From the IMG/VR virus record IMGVR_UViG_3300028103_000009: DNA of 64,000 nt; one strand, given 5' to 3'. Both the position numbers and the translations under genes were made by a program. The notes below the pieces were generated by a model. The model was not told the DNA's origin. It saw only the letters and a program-made list of their open reading frames with translations, and did not search any database. This DNA is from a virus. Each line of letters opens with the position of its first letter. The first letter of the stretch is position 1. Of the stretch, positions 9,720 to 19,910 are shown in pieces.

Positions 9720-10399
9720 AAATAGTATTAACTGGGCATCTTGGCTTTGTTGGCGGTAATCTTAAGCCCTATTTAGAACAAAAAGGACATACTGTCATTG
9801 GCCTCGATATCAAAGAAGGCCAAGACATCCTTACTTGTGATCTTCCTGAGTGTGACGCAGTTATTCATCTAGCTGCAAAAACAGGCGTTCGGGCTAGTCT
9901 AGACTCGCCACACGAGTACTGGAAAGTAAATGTAGACGGTACTAGACGAGTTTTACTGCACTACAGCAATAAGAGGGTCTTAGTTGCAAGCTCTAGCAGC
10001 CAATATGAACCTCATTTGAATCCCTATGCTGCTACTAAGCATGTCATGGAAAAGATTCCACACGATAATGTTTGCTGGATGAGATTCCATACCGTCTACG
10101 GTGCAGACACTGGGCGAGATATGTTTTTTGATAGACTTAGAAATGGAACACTAGAGTATGTCACGGATCATGAACGTGACTTTGTACACGTTGACGATGT
10201 CTGTGAAGCTGTCAATATTTTATTAAACAATGATTTTACAGGACCAGTTGATATAGGTACTGGCATTTCCATAAAGATCTCTGATATATGTACTACACTA
10301 CCAGTTAGAACATATAATCCACACGAAAGAAAACGTACCTGTGCAGATATGCACATTATGAATAGTTTTGGTTTTAGACCGAGATTTTTTCTTTTGTGA
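9716..10399 (+). CDS. NAD-dependent epimerase/dehydratase
   Basis: TGHLGFVG Rossmann motif, HLAA, YAATK catalytic motif, RDFVHVDD. Confidence 0.9.
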   Translation: MKIVLTGHLGFVGGNLKPYLEQKGHTVIGLDIKEGQDILTCDLPECDAVIHLAAKTGVRASLDSPHEYWKVNVDGTRRVLLHYSNKRVLVASSSSQYEPHLNPYAATKHVMEKIPHDNVCWMRFHTVYGADTGRDMFFDRLRNGTLEYVTDHERDFVHVDDVCEAVNILLNNDFTGPVDIGTGISIKISDICTTLPVRTYNPHERKRTCADMHIMNSFGFRPRFFLL

Positions 10400-11048
10400 C
10401 ACCCACATGGTGCAGTAAGTATGGCTCTACCTCTGTATCGTAAAAATCTACATGAGCCTTTCCTTTAATAACTTTTCCTAAGAATAAGTTTCTGTACTGA
10501 TACTTTTTGTTTAGTATCTCTAGTATATGAGCATCACCGGGATGTTTCGATTCTAGTATCATGTCATTATACCAAGCATCTGAATATTCTCGAACAAACT
10601 GTTTGTAATCTGCATGTTTGGTATTAAAGCAAACGAATCCAGAATCAAGTCCTTCTGGTTTATAAATCGTCGATAGTAGTTCTGTTCTAGGTAAGAACTT
10701 TTCTATATCCATAGGTTGCAAGACTTCTACATCAGCGTCTAACCAAATGAGGTAGTCAGCAGTTACATTTTCCAACATGTAAGAAGTGACTCTGGACTTT
10801 AGATACCATTTGATAGGTTTTCTTTTAGTTCCATATACTTCAAAATATTTTTCTGGCTGTTTAGTATTTTTTAAACAAACATCTGTAGGATGTGTTTCAA
10901 AATCAGATAAAAAGTTTTCTATAGGTTCATCTAAGAAACAAAGTTTTTTGCCAGGAAGGTTTTTCCATGTTGGGAGATATTCGTGTGCGTATTGTTTATA
11001 GATTTTTTGGTTTATAGATGTAACCCAAATGATATTATTCTGGTGCAT
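10374..11048 (-). CDS. putative GT-A glycosyltransferase
   Basis: LIWLDAD motif, DSGF, C-terminal HHVG; paralogous to the ORFs at 14836 and 15645; start approximate. Confidence 0.6.
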   Translation of the reverse strand: MHQNNIIWVTSINQKIYKQYAHEYLPTWKNLPGKKLCFLDEPIENFLSDFETHPTDVCLKNTKQPEKYFEVYGTKRKPIKWYLKSRVTSYMLENVTADYLIWLDADVEVLQPMDIEKFLPRTELLSTIYKPEGLDSGFVCFNTKHADYKQFVREYSDAWYNDMILESKHPGDAHILEILNKKYQYRNLFLGKVIKGKAHVDFYDTEVEPYLLHHVGVTKEKISV

Positions 11049-11685
11049 AAACAGTATCGTGTTCCCACTTATCAATAATTTTATATTTCAGTTCGCTGAC
11101 TATCCATTGTTCCATTTCAACAACTGTATACCCGTGCATTTCACAATAGTCGTTGGTTTCTAACACAATCAACGGTCTATACTTGTTGATTAAGTTTACA
11201 GCACCTTTAAGAGCAAACCATTCGAATCCTTCTAGATCTAAATGTAATAAATCACAACCCTCTATATCTAAACTATCTAAAGAAATAAGTTTTATATTAC
11301 CCTTTCCAGAAACAGTGTAGCCGCCGGTATTGTTTTTCTTTTTAGTAAGAGGTTCACCCAGGCTTATCATTGACTCTTTTTCGCCTAGAGCAAGATTATT
11401 TTTAACAACGTTATCTTGTTGTATGTTTTGATCTAAACAATAAAAGTTTTCAGGGTGAGGTTCGAATGTATAGACTTTTTTAAACAAACTAGCATATTTG
11501 TTTGGATATAGTCCACAGTGCCCTCCGGCCTGTACAACTATATTGCGATTTTTTACTAGATTAGAAACATTTATAGGAAGATTATAATGATCTTCTCTAG
11601 TTAGATACCTCCATGCAACGATATCTCTTTCGGGCCAAACCCAATCTTTGTTGTCAAAGTTTCTTATGGAAGTTTTATAGTTCAT
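11035..11685 (-). CDS. FkbM-family methyltransferase
   Basis: VQAGGHCG SAM-binding loop, FEP, LHLDLEGFE; start at ATG 11685 after TAAATA-N4. Confidence 0.85.
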   Translation of the reverse strand: MNYKTSIRNFDNKDWVWPERDIVAWRYLTREDHYNLPINVSNLVKNRNIVVQAGGHCGLYPNKYASLFKKVYTFEPHPENFYCLDQNIQQDNVVKNNLALGEKESMISLGEPLTKKKNNTGGYTVSGKGNIKLISLDSLDIEGCDLLHLDLEGFEWFALKGAVNLINKYRPLIVLETNDYCEMHGYTVVEMEQWIVSELKYKIIDKWEHDTVYAPE

Positions 11686-11724
11686 ATGATATTTAGCACA
11701 TAATCTACGCACATAAATATCTGT

Positions 11725-12486
11725 ATGAAAAAGATTGTACTTATTACTGGTGGCTTCGATCCGCTCCACTCTGGCCACCTTTCATATATTAAAGAAGCCA
11801 AGAAGCTTGGAGATATTCTAGTCGTCGGTGTTAACAGCGATGACTGGTTAACACGCAAAAAGGGCCGAGCTTTTATGCCTTACATGGAACGAGCCAACGT
11901 CGTACGAAATATTGTTGGAGTAGATTTCGTCATTGATTTTGACGACAGTGATAACACAGCCAAACATGCAATACATATGGTTAGACAAAGTTATCCTAGT
12001 GATCAAATCATTTTTGCCAATGGCGGAGATAGAACTGATAAGAATATTCCAGAAATGGATTTCGCTGATGATAATCTATCATTTGTGTTTGGCACTGGCG
12101 GTTTTAACAAATCAAACTCAAGTAGCTGGATCTTAGAAGAATGGAAAGCACCTAAGACCAAACGTCCGTGGGGGTACTATAGAGTTCTTCACGATGTGCC
12201 AGGAATGAAAGTCAAAGAGTTGACTGTTGAGCCGGGGCATAGCCTTAGTATGCAAAGACATAAGCATAGATCAGAATACTGGATCGTTAGCCAAGGTGCG
12301 TGTGTAGTAAACTCAAAAATGGCAGGCGGTTATGCTCTTCCTCCTACTTTGTTAAAAGAACATCTAGAATATAAAGTACCAGCAGGTGAATGGCATCAAC
12401 TAACCAATCCTTACGAAGTTCCTTGTAAAATAGTAGAAATACAATACGGCGAAAAATGCCAAGAAGAGGACATTGAAAGACAATGA
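11725..12486 (+). CDS. cytidylyltransferase fused to a cupin (mannose-6-P isomerase type II-like)
   Basis: GGFDPLHSGH HxGH motif, NSDDWL, ANGGDR; C-terminal RPWG...SMQRHKHRSEYW cupin. Confidence 0.85.
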   Translation: MKKIVLITGGFDPLHSGHLSYIKEAKKLGDILVVGVNSDDWLTRKKGRAFMPYMERANVVRNIVGVDFVIDFDDSDNTAKHAIHMVRQSYPSDQIIFANGGDRTDKNIPEMDFADDNLSFVFGTGGFNKSNSSSWILEEWKAPKTKRPWGYYRVLHDVPGMKVKELTVEPGHSLSMQRHKHRSEYWIVSQGACVVNSKMAGGYALPPTLLKEHLEYKVPAGEWHQLTNPYEVPCKIVEIQYGEKCQEEDIERQ

Positions 12487-13175
12487 CTGATATCATCCCG
12501 GTCTTTATAGGTTATGATCCTAGAGAGGCTATTGCATATCATACCTGTGTAAACAGTATTATTAGAAACTCTAGTAAACCAGTTTCTATTATTCCTGTAG
12601 CGTTGAATCTATTCAAAGATTATACAGAAACACACACTGATGGTAGCAATACATTCATATACTCGAGATTTTTAGTACCTTATCTAATGCGTTGGCAAGG
12701 ATGGGCTATTTTTATTGACGGTGATATGATCGTAAGGGCTGATATTAACGAGTTGTGGGAACTGCGACAAATGGATAAAGATGTCATGGTTGTAAAACAT
12801 GACTATAAGACTAAATCTGATAAAAAATATCTAGGAAGCAAGAATGAAGACTATCCAAGAAAAAACTGGTCTAGTGTCATCCTATGGAACTGTTCTACTT
12901 TCCCTAATAGAAAACTTACTCCAGAGTTTGTACAGAATTCGCCAGGATCTGTCCTTCATAGATTTTCGTGGATAAATGATGAGAGGATCGGAGAGCTACC
13001 TAAAGAGTGGAACTGGTTACCGGACGAGTATGGTCCTAACCCAAACGCTAAACTCTTACACTATACATTAGGTACTCCTAGTTTTTATCAATATGCCGAT
13101 ACTCCGATGGGCAGCGATTGGCACCGAGAACGTATACTCACAGAATATTGTCAGCAATATGATCTTCCTAAGTAA
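12483..13175 (+). CDS. glycosyltransferase (GT-A, GT8-like)
   Basis: FIGYDPRE, SRFLVP, FIDGD, YPRKNWSS and HYTLG motifs. Confidence 0.75.
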   Translation: MTDIIPVFIGYDPREAIAYHTCVNSIIRNSSKPVSIIPVALNLFKDYTETHTDGSNTFIYSRFLVPYLMRWQGWAIFIDGDMIVRADINELWELRQMDKDVMVVKHDYKTKSDKKYLGSKNEDYPRKNWSSVILWNCSTFPNRKLTPEFVQNSPGSVLHRFSWINDERIGELPKEWNWLPDEYGPNPNAKLLHYTLGTPSFYQYADTPMGSDWHRERILTEYCQQYDLPK

Positions 13176-13926
13176 AGACGGCCAAGACGAATATGTCAAT
13201 ATGCTTGCACATGGATCCGGTAGTACTCCTACTGATACCGCCTCTTTTGCTTACAGTGATAGCACTGATCCTATTGTTATACGTGGAATTCTCAAGTATA
13301 AAATAATGCGTCGTTGTTGGGAAGATGGCAGAGATTTTTACTATGTTGACACAGGTTATTTCGGAAACCGTAGATGGAAAGAATGGCATAGGATAGTCAA
13401 GAACGATCTACAACACAATGATCTTATACCAAGACCCGACGATAGATTTAAAATATTCAATAAAGAAATTTCACCGTGGAAGAAGACAGGTCGAAAAATA
13501 TTAGTGGCTTTGCCTGATGAAAAACCCTGTAGGTTTTACGACACAGATTTAGATACATGGACTAAAGAGACAATCGAACAAATAAAAAAATATACAGACA
13601 GACCGATAGAGATAAGAAAAAGAGCTCCAAGGAGAGAAGACAGAGTATTATCTAATACATTGCAACAGGCATTAGATGATGATGTGTTTGCACTAGTAAC
13701 ATTTAACAGTAATGCTGCTACTGAAGCTGTCTTTTATGGAATACCTAGTTTCGTACTTGCGCCTACGCATGCCGCTAGTCCTGTCTGTTTAAAAGATCTT
13801 TCGATGATAGAAACTCCGTTGTATGCAGAAAATAGATATGAATGGGCTTGTCATTTAGCTTATGGTCAGTTTCATATCAGAGAAATGAAAGACGGAACAG
13901 CCATGAGGATGGTGACTAATGAGTAA
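13159..13926 (+). CDS. capsule-biosynthesis-like (KpsC/KpsS-like) GT-B protein
   Basis: YYVDTGY and VTFNSNAATEAVFYGIP motifs; paralog of the ORFs at 13919 and 16399. Confidence 0.55.
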   Translation: MIFLSKDGQDEYVNMLAHGSGSTPTDTASFAYSDSTDPIVIRGILKYKIMRRCWEDGRDFYYVDTGYFGNRRWKEWHRIVKNDLQHNDLIPRPDDRFKIFNKEISPWKKTGRKILVALPDEKPCRFYDTDLDTWTKETIEQIKKYTDRPIEIRKRAPRREDRVLSNTLQQALDDDVFALVTFNSNAATEAVFYGIPSFVLAPTHAASPVCLKDLSMIETPLYAENRYEWACHLAYGQFHIREMKDGTAMRMVTNE

Positions 13927-14839
13927 AACTGTAGCTGTATATTACGCAGGTATTCCTAGAAATAATACCAAATCAGAAAAAACAGAAGTATTACGTTTAT
14001 TTGCTGAAGGTGTAAGAAAAAGTAAAGATGCTGTTATAGAAGTATGGGAACCTAAACACCTAGTCACTGACCTTGGAGTCATACAAGGATGGGTGCATGA
14101 AGGAAGTCAAGGTACACCGCATCTAGCATTTAGAAAACATGTTATAGAAAAACAACAACAGCATGGTAAACATACTTTAGCTGTAGATAGTAATCTTTTT
14201 CTTTATAGAGATATTGAAAATGCTAATCAATATTTGAGATTCAGTCTCGATGGTGTTTTTCCAACTACTGGATGTTATTTTAATAAACATGTTACAGATA
14301 TACAATGGAATAAGATCAAGAGAGATTTGAAGATCGATCTAAGACCGTGGAGACAACAAGGTCAACATATATTAATATGTCTACAGAGAGACGGTGGGTG
14401 GTCAATGCGTGGGCTAAATGTCATGCAATGGTTACATCAAACTATTGATGAAATACAAAAACGCAGCAAACGTCTTATTATCGTGAGAGCGCATCCTGGA
14501 GATAGAAGAAGTAAAGATTATTTGAAGCTAAATCGCCCAGGAGTCATGATTAGCAGAAATAGTTTATTTCTAGATGACCTTCATAATGCTTGGGCGGTGA
14601 TCACATACAATAGCAGTCCTGGTGTTGCTGCCGTTATCGAAGGAGTTCCTGTATTTGTCACGGATCCCACTCCAGAAAATAGTCAAGCATTTGAAGTTGC
14701 CAACACAACATTAGAAAATATCGAAGATCCTTGGATGCCAGATAGAGAACATTGGATAAGAAAAACCAGTATGAGCCATTTCAGCTTCCGAGATCTCGAA
14801 TCTGGTGAAGCTTGGCAAGTAATAAGAGAGTACCTATGA
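13919..14839 (+). CDS. capsule-biosynthesis-like (KpsC/KpsS-like) GT-B protein
   Basis: VRAHP and ITYNSSPGVAAVIEGVP motifs. Confidence 0.55.
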   Translation: MSKTVAVYYAGIPRNNTKSEKTEVLRLFAEGVRKSKDAVIEVWEPKHLVTDLGVIQGWVHEGSQGTPHLAFRKHVIEKQQQHGKHTLAVDSNLFLYRDIENANQYLRFSLDGVFPTTGCYFNKHVTDIQWNKIKRDLKIDLRPWRQQGQHILICLQRDGGWSMRGLNVMQWLHQTIDEIQKRSKRLIIVRAHPGDRRSKDYLKLNRPGVMISRNSLFLDDLHNAWAVITYNSSPGVAAVIEGVPVFVTDPTPENSQAFEVANTTLENIEDPWMPDREHWIRKTSMSHFSFRDLESGEAWQVIREYL

Positions 14840-15648
14840 CAAAATATGCGGTAGTTACAACATTTAATGATGCTGGCCGAGCAAAGTATGGCCAACGTAT
14901 GATAGACAGCTTTGACAAAACTTGGCCAAAAGAAGTTAAGCTTCATTTATATCCAGAACTTTGTAACTGTATTGTTCATGACCATCAACAAACAACATTG
15001 AAACGTCTAGAAGAAATACCAGAGCTAATGGCATTCAAGGAAAAATGGAAAAATGTTCCAAAAGCCAACGGAGATGTCAGCAATGACCCAGTTCGTAGCA
15101 AGAGAAAAGATGCCGGCAAGGGGTTTAAATGGGATGCTGTGCGATTTGCACACAAAGTTTATGCGATTTTTCATTGTGCCAGGGAAACTGATGCAGATAT
15201 CTTAATTTGGATGGATGCTGACACATATTGTCACAGTAAAATCACCATGGAAACAATACAGCGTCTTATACCTGCCGATAAAGACCTTTGTTTTCTTGGA
15301 AGACAGAGAAAATTCAGCGAATGTGGACTGTACTCTTTGAATCTAAGGTCCCCGGCGATCAAAGTTTTTCTAGAAAAGTTTCAATGGATGTACGATTGCG
15401 CAGAATTAGGTATTTTTACCTTAGAAGAATGGCATGATAGTTTTGTTTTTGATGCTGTTCGAAGAAACGTAGTATTAAATGAGTTAGATTGGTCTAGCAA
15501 TATCGTAACTGGAGAGGGACATCCACTTATTAACACAGAATGGGGAGCATATCTTGATCATTTGAAAGGTGCAAGGAAAGATCTTGGAAGATCTCATTCA
15601 AAAGATCTATTAGTAAACAGAACAGAACCATATTGGATGAATATATGA
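14836..15648 (+). CDS. putative GT-A glycosyltransferase
   Basis: RFAHKVYA, WMDAD, SECG, EWHDS and HLKG motifs. Confidence 0.6.
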   Translation: MTKYAVVTTFNDAGRAKYGQRMIDSFDKTWPKEVKLHLYPELCNCIVHDHQQTTLKRLEEIPELMAFKEKWKNVPKANGDVSNDPVRSKRKDAGKGFKWDAVRFAHKVYAIFHCARETDADILIWMDADTYCHSKITMETIQRLIPADKDLCFLGRQRKFSECGLYSLNLRSPAIKVFLEKFQWMYDCAELGIFTLEEWHDSFVFDAVRRNVVLNELDWSSNIVTGEGHPLINTEWGAYLDHLKGARKDLGRSHSKDLLVNRTEPYWMNI

Positions 15649-16409
15649 CACATTATGCCGTTATCACTTCACTAAATCAAGAATATTTTGACCATTGTGG
15701 TCGAGCTTGCCTAGAAACATTTTCTAGATTCTGGCCCGACGACATCACACTACATGTTTTCAATGAAGACATGGTTAAGCCTCAAAAATATAAGAAAGTA
15801 AACTATATAAACTGGAAAGTTTTAGGTGCAGAATACACAGATTTTGTCTCAAGGACAGAAAACTCCAAGGTCATACAGTTTAGCAAAAAGGCTTTTCCGA
15901 TCATATGGGCATTTGACAACATCCCTTGCGATCGATTGATATGGTTAGACGCTGATGTAGCAACAAAAAGAGACATGAGTGTACAACTACTAGATTTACT
16001 CAGTAATCCAGAAACACTTAGTACACATTACGGAGTAAAACACCCATGGCCCAGCGAAGAAAATCCTGACAGGGTTAGCTTCAGCTGTGAAACAGGATTT
16101 TTTATCTTAAACAAAACACATAGAATGTTTCCAGAGTTTGCTAAAATCTATAAAAAATACTATACCAAGGATTTGGGATATAATCTTAGGAGATTTTATG
16201 ATGGCGAGGTCTATGGAGCCGTTGTGGCCGAACTAGAAGAGAAGGGAGCAGCGATGTTTGAGTTGAACCCTGGTCAAAAACATAAGACCCCTATACCAAG
16301 AAGTGTCATGGCTCCTTACATACAACACTACAAAGCAGGAGCCAAGGACGGTATTAATAACGAAACCATACTCAATAGCATAGAAGAGGAAGAATCTTAT
16401 GAAGATTAA
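15645..16409 (+). CDS. putative GT-A glycosyltransferase
   Basis: QFSKKAF, WLDAD, CETGF and HYKA motifs; paralog of the preceding gene. Confidence 0.6.
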   Translation: MTHYAVITSLNQEYFDHCGRACLETFSRFWPDDITLHVFNEDMVKPQKYKKVNYINWKVLGAEYTDFVSRTENSKVIQFSKKAFPIIWAFDNIPCDRLIWLDADVATKRDMSVQLLDLLSNPETLSTHYGVKHPWPSEENPDRVSFSCETGFFILNKTHRMFPEFAKIYKKYYTKDLGYNLRRFYDGEVYGAVVAELEEKGAAMFELNPGQKHKTPIPRSVMAPYIQHYKAGAKDGINNETILNSIEEEESYED

Positions 16410-17235
16410 GTTGTACCGCGAACACGGTGCTCTTAACAGCAAGGATATTTTTGATGCTTTTGAAGAAGGTGTTAAAAAAATCGGTCATGAAGTGGTTGAT
16501 CATAACGAGGATGTTTCTGTTATATGGTCTGTGCTTTGGAATGGACGTATGCAGGCCAATAAAACAGTCTATGAGGAGTGTCGTAGGATACAAAGACCGG
16601 TAATCATTATCGAAGTAGGTTCGTTGATACGCAACAAAACATGGAAGATCGGTCTGAATCACATCAACGCCTATGGCATCTTCGGTCATACTGAAGACCT
16701 AGATCAGGATAGACCAAAAAAACTGGGTATCGACCTTAAACCCCTTCAAAATTTCAGAAGAAACGAGATTTTAATAGCCTGTCAACATGACCGCAGCCTC
16801 CAATGGGAAACCAATCCTCCGATGAACGTGTGGGTCAATGAAACTGTAAATGAAATAAAAAGATACACTGATCGTCATGTAGTAGTAAGACCACATCCCA
16901 GGTCACAGTCTATAACACCAAACCAGAATTTTACCCTGATTCCACCAAAAAAACTGGTCGGCACATATGATGATTTTGATTTTGATTTCAACTATCATTG
17001 CATCGTCAACTTCTGTAGCGGACCCTCCATACAGGCAGTCATCAATGGTGTCCCGGTAATCTGTGACCGATCAAGTCTGGCTGCAGACATGAGTGGAAAT
17101 TTCGAAAAAATTGAGGAAATTTCACTGCCTGACCGGTCAACATGGTTTACGAAGATTTGCCATACAGAGTATCTAGTCGAAGAACTCAGAGAAGGTCTTC
17201 CATTAAAAAGGTTAGAAAAATATATTAGGTCTTGA
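16399..17235 (+). CDS. capsule-biosynthesis-like GT-B protein
   Basis: VRPHP and NFCSGPSIQAVINGVP motifs. Confidence 0.55.
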   Translation: MKIKLYREHGALNSKDIFDAFEEGVKKIGHEVVDHNEDVSVIWSVLWNGRMQANKTVYEECRRIQRPVIIIEVGSLIRNKTWKIGLNHINAYGIFGHTEDLDQDRPKKLGIDLKPLQNFRRNEILIACQHDRSLQWETNPPMNVWVNETVNEIKRYTDRHVVVRPHPRSQSITPNQNFTLIPPKKLVGTYDDFDFDFNYHCIVNFCSGPSIQAVINGVPVICDRSSLAADMSGNFEKIEEISLPDRSTWFTKICHTEYLVEELREGLPLKRLEKYIRS

Positions 17236-17260
17236 CTTTCAGATTTTATTACGCTATACT
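17232..17260 (+). promoter_or_regulatory. sigma70-like promoter, likely leaderless
   Basis: TTGACT-N17-TATACT, 6 nt before ATG 17267. Confidence 0.7.
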
Positions 17261-17266
17261 TAAAAA

Positions 17267-18469
17267 ATGCTAAAATCTGATTTCATCGAAGACGTTTTCT
17301 TAGAATTTTTCGATACCTTTTCTAGGAAGAGTGTTGCCATCGCGTCTCAGGACCAGTCGGCCTGCCACAGTTTTTATAATGCTATCTATGGCGGTAAAGG
17401 ACTGACTCAGGCCCAAGCCAACTACATCATAAAAATCCTAGAAAAACACAAAAATTTGTCGGCCAACGTGGGTTTTGATTATCGACCGATATTGACACAA
17501 CCCCACAAATGGAAAAATGCATTCCGAGTCATCGACTACTCTAAAAGAGTCTATGTTGAAAAAAATGATCAAGGTCGCATCGATGTATGCCTGAAGTTTC
17601 CGTACCAACTCAAGAAGGAATTTGAGGAAGAATTTGAAGGAAAAAATGCCGAAACTACTAGTAGCCAATGGGACCATGATGCCAAGGTAAGACGTGTTCC
17701 TTTATACGACACAAACCTTATACACATTTTTGATTTTGTTTCAAAGCATGGTTTTGAAATAGATGAAACTTTCATGATAGCCATGGGAGAAGTCGAAGAA
17801 ATATGGCAAAATCAAGACGATGTTGTTCCTTACTGTTATTGGGATGGTGGACATATTAGATTGAAAAATGTCTCTGATGACGCATCCAATCATTTTGTCA
17901 ATCTTCGAACAGATAGATTACCTTCTGATTTAATGCTGGCGAAATCTATGGGTATTCCTTATAAACCTGGCAATCGTATTGCTTCAGATAATCTTTTATA
18001 CAAGATCGCCAGCTCAGAAGAAAATCATTTTTGGATTAAAAATGTGCAGGAGTTTATAGATCTCTGCTATCATATCGACGATCGTGTCGCTATTCTTTTG
18101 GATCCTAATAGTAATGAAATAGAATGGGTCAAAGATTTTGTTAAAACGGTCAATGACATGGGGCATGACATCACCAAGGTACGTGTTTGTTTTAGGCAAG
18201 ATAAAACTATCGATGACGGATTCAATCAATGGATCAAAGATGCCAATGTAGGCGGACCCGTTGAAGGTGGAAACATTTTAATCTTCAAAGGAAAGCCGGC
18301 AAAGTGGTTGTTTAAAGAAACAAAACATGTTACACTATTAGCTAGTAATGGTTTGTATCCTTCACCTGGACCCATCACACGAGACTGGATTGATTCTCAT
18401 CCTTGTGTGATTTATGTGGGCGATATAAAACCTACTAGATCGAGGAATAAGAAAATTGTCGAACTGTAA
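17267..18469 (+). CDS. hypothetical protein
   Basis: 400-aa ORF overlapping the uvsW start. Confidence 0.7.
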   Translation: MLKSDFIEDVFLEFFDTFSRKSVAIASQDQSACHSFYNAIYGGKGLTQAQANYIIKILEKHKNLSANVGFDYRPILTQPHKWKNAFRVIDYSKRVYVEKNDQGRIDVCLKFPYQLKKEFEEEFEGKNAETTSSQWDHDAKVRRVPLYDTNLIHIFDFVSKHGFEIDETFMIAMGEVEEIWQNQDDVVPYCYWDGGHIRLKNVSDDASNHFVNLRTDRLPSDLMLAKSMGIPYKPGNRIASDNLLYKIASSEENHFWIKNVQEFIDLCYHIDDRVAILLDPNSNEIEWVKDFVKTVNDMGHDITKVRVCFRQDKTIDDGFNQWIKDANVGGPVEGGNILIFKGKPAKWLFKETKHVTLLASNGLYPSPGPITRDWIDSHPCVIYVGDIKPTRSRNKKIVEL

Positions 18470-19910
18470 ACTAATAATAAAAGACGAAGTTAATATTAAG
18501 TTTGAAGGTCTGGCTGTTGAGACACGGCGAAAGATTGTAAACAAGTTAAAGTTCGACCTACCATACGCTCGACACATGCCCGCCTATAAGTTAGGTCGCT
18601 GGGATGGAACAAAAACATTTTTTGGTATCGGTGGAAACGGATATCTAGCGCATCTTGATGTAATACTTCCTATAATCGAGGATTCGGGTTACGATATAGA
18701 AGTAGAAGACCAACGTGTATCACACGATTTTAAGTTTGATCTTATCGGTGATGATTATTGGTCAAAGCAAGGCAAAACATGGCCAGAAGGTCATCAGTTT
18801 GCCGGAGAACCTATTGTACTTCGTGATTATCAATATGACGTAGTCAATAAGTTTTTAGAGAACCCGCAATCACTACAGGAGGTAGCTACAGGTGCAGGCA
18901 AAACGATTACTACTGCGACGTTATCGCATCTTTGTGAGGTATATGGTCGTACGATGGTTATTGTTCCGAACAAATCGCTTGTTGAACAAACTGAAGCGGA
19001 CTACAAAAATCTCGGCTTAGATGTCGGTGTTTATTTCGGCGATAGGAAAGAACTCAATAGGACACACACAGTATGCACATGGCAAAGTCTCAATGTGCTA
19101 GATAAGAAAAGCTATGACGAAGAAAGCCTAACACTAGCAGAGTTCTGCGAAGGAGTCGTGGCTGTCATAGTCGACGAGGTACATCAGGCTAAGGCAGATG
19201 TGCTGACAAAACTGTTAACTCAGAACTTCCGTAACTGCGGAATACGTTGGGGGTTAACAGGAACCATTCCTAAAGAAAAGTGGGAGTTTCAAAGTGTTTT
19301 GGCCAGTATAGGTCCAGTAATCAATCAAGTCACAGCACACGATCTCCAGCAAAAAGATGTTCTAGCAAAACTAGATATACAAATATTACAGACATCTGAT
19401 GTGCAGGTATTTAGGAACTATCAAGAAGAATATACTTGGTTAGTAACTGACAGCAAAAGATTAGACTGGATCGCCGACAAAATAAAAAGTTTTAGGTCTA
19501 CTGGAAATACTCTTGTATTAGTGAATCGCATTGATACAGGAGAAAAACTCATTGATAGGATTCCTGATGCTGTCTTTATCAGCGGTGCTGTTAAACTAGA
19601 CGAACGCAAGGAAGAATATGATGAAGTTAAAACAAGTGATGACAAGGTTATTGTGGCGACTTACGGTGTGGCCGCTGTTGGCATTAATATTCCAAGGATT
19701 TTTAATCTGGTTCTTATTGAGCCCGGAAAGAGCTTTGTCCGCGTTATACAAAGCATTGGGCGAGGCATTAGAAAAGCAGAAGACAAAGACTTCGTACAGA
19801 TCTGGGACATCACCAGCACCTGTAAGTATGCCAAGCGACATCTCACCGAACGCAAAAAATATTATAAGGAAGCAAAGTATCCGTTCACGGTTACAAAGGT
19901 AAACACATGA
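18456..19910 (+). CDS. uvsW: SF2 DNA helicase UvsW-like
   Basis: LRDYQ, ATGAGKT, DEVH, GLTGT and QSIGRGIR motifs. Confidence 0.92.
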   Translation: MSNCKLIIKDEVNIKFEGLAVETRRKIVNKLKFDLPYARHMPAYKLGRWDGTKTFFGIGGNGYLAHLDVILPIIEDSGYDIEVEDQRVSHDFKFDLIGDDYWSKQGKTWPEGHQFAGEPIVLRDYQYDVVNKFLENPQSLQEVATGAGKTITTATLSHLCEVYGRTMVIVPNKSLVEQTEADYKNLGLDVGVYFGDRKELNRTHTVCTWQSLNVLDKKSYDEESLTLAEFCEGVVAVIVDEVHQAKADVLTKLLTQNFRNCGIRWGLTGTIPKEKWEFQSVLASIGPVINQVTAHDLQQKDVLAKLDIQILQTSDVQVFRNYQEEYTWLVTDSKRLDWIADKIKSFRSTGNTLVLVNRIDTGEKLIDRIPDAVFISGAVKLDERKEEYDEVKTSDDKVIVATYGVAAVGINIPRIFNLVLIEPGKSFVRVIQSIGRGIRKAEDKDFVQIWDITSTCKYAKRHLTERKKYYKEAKYPFTVTKVNT

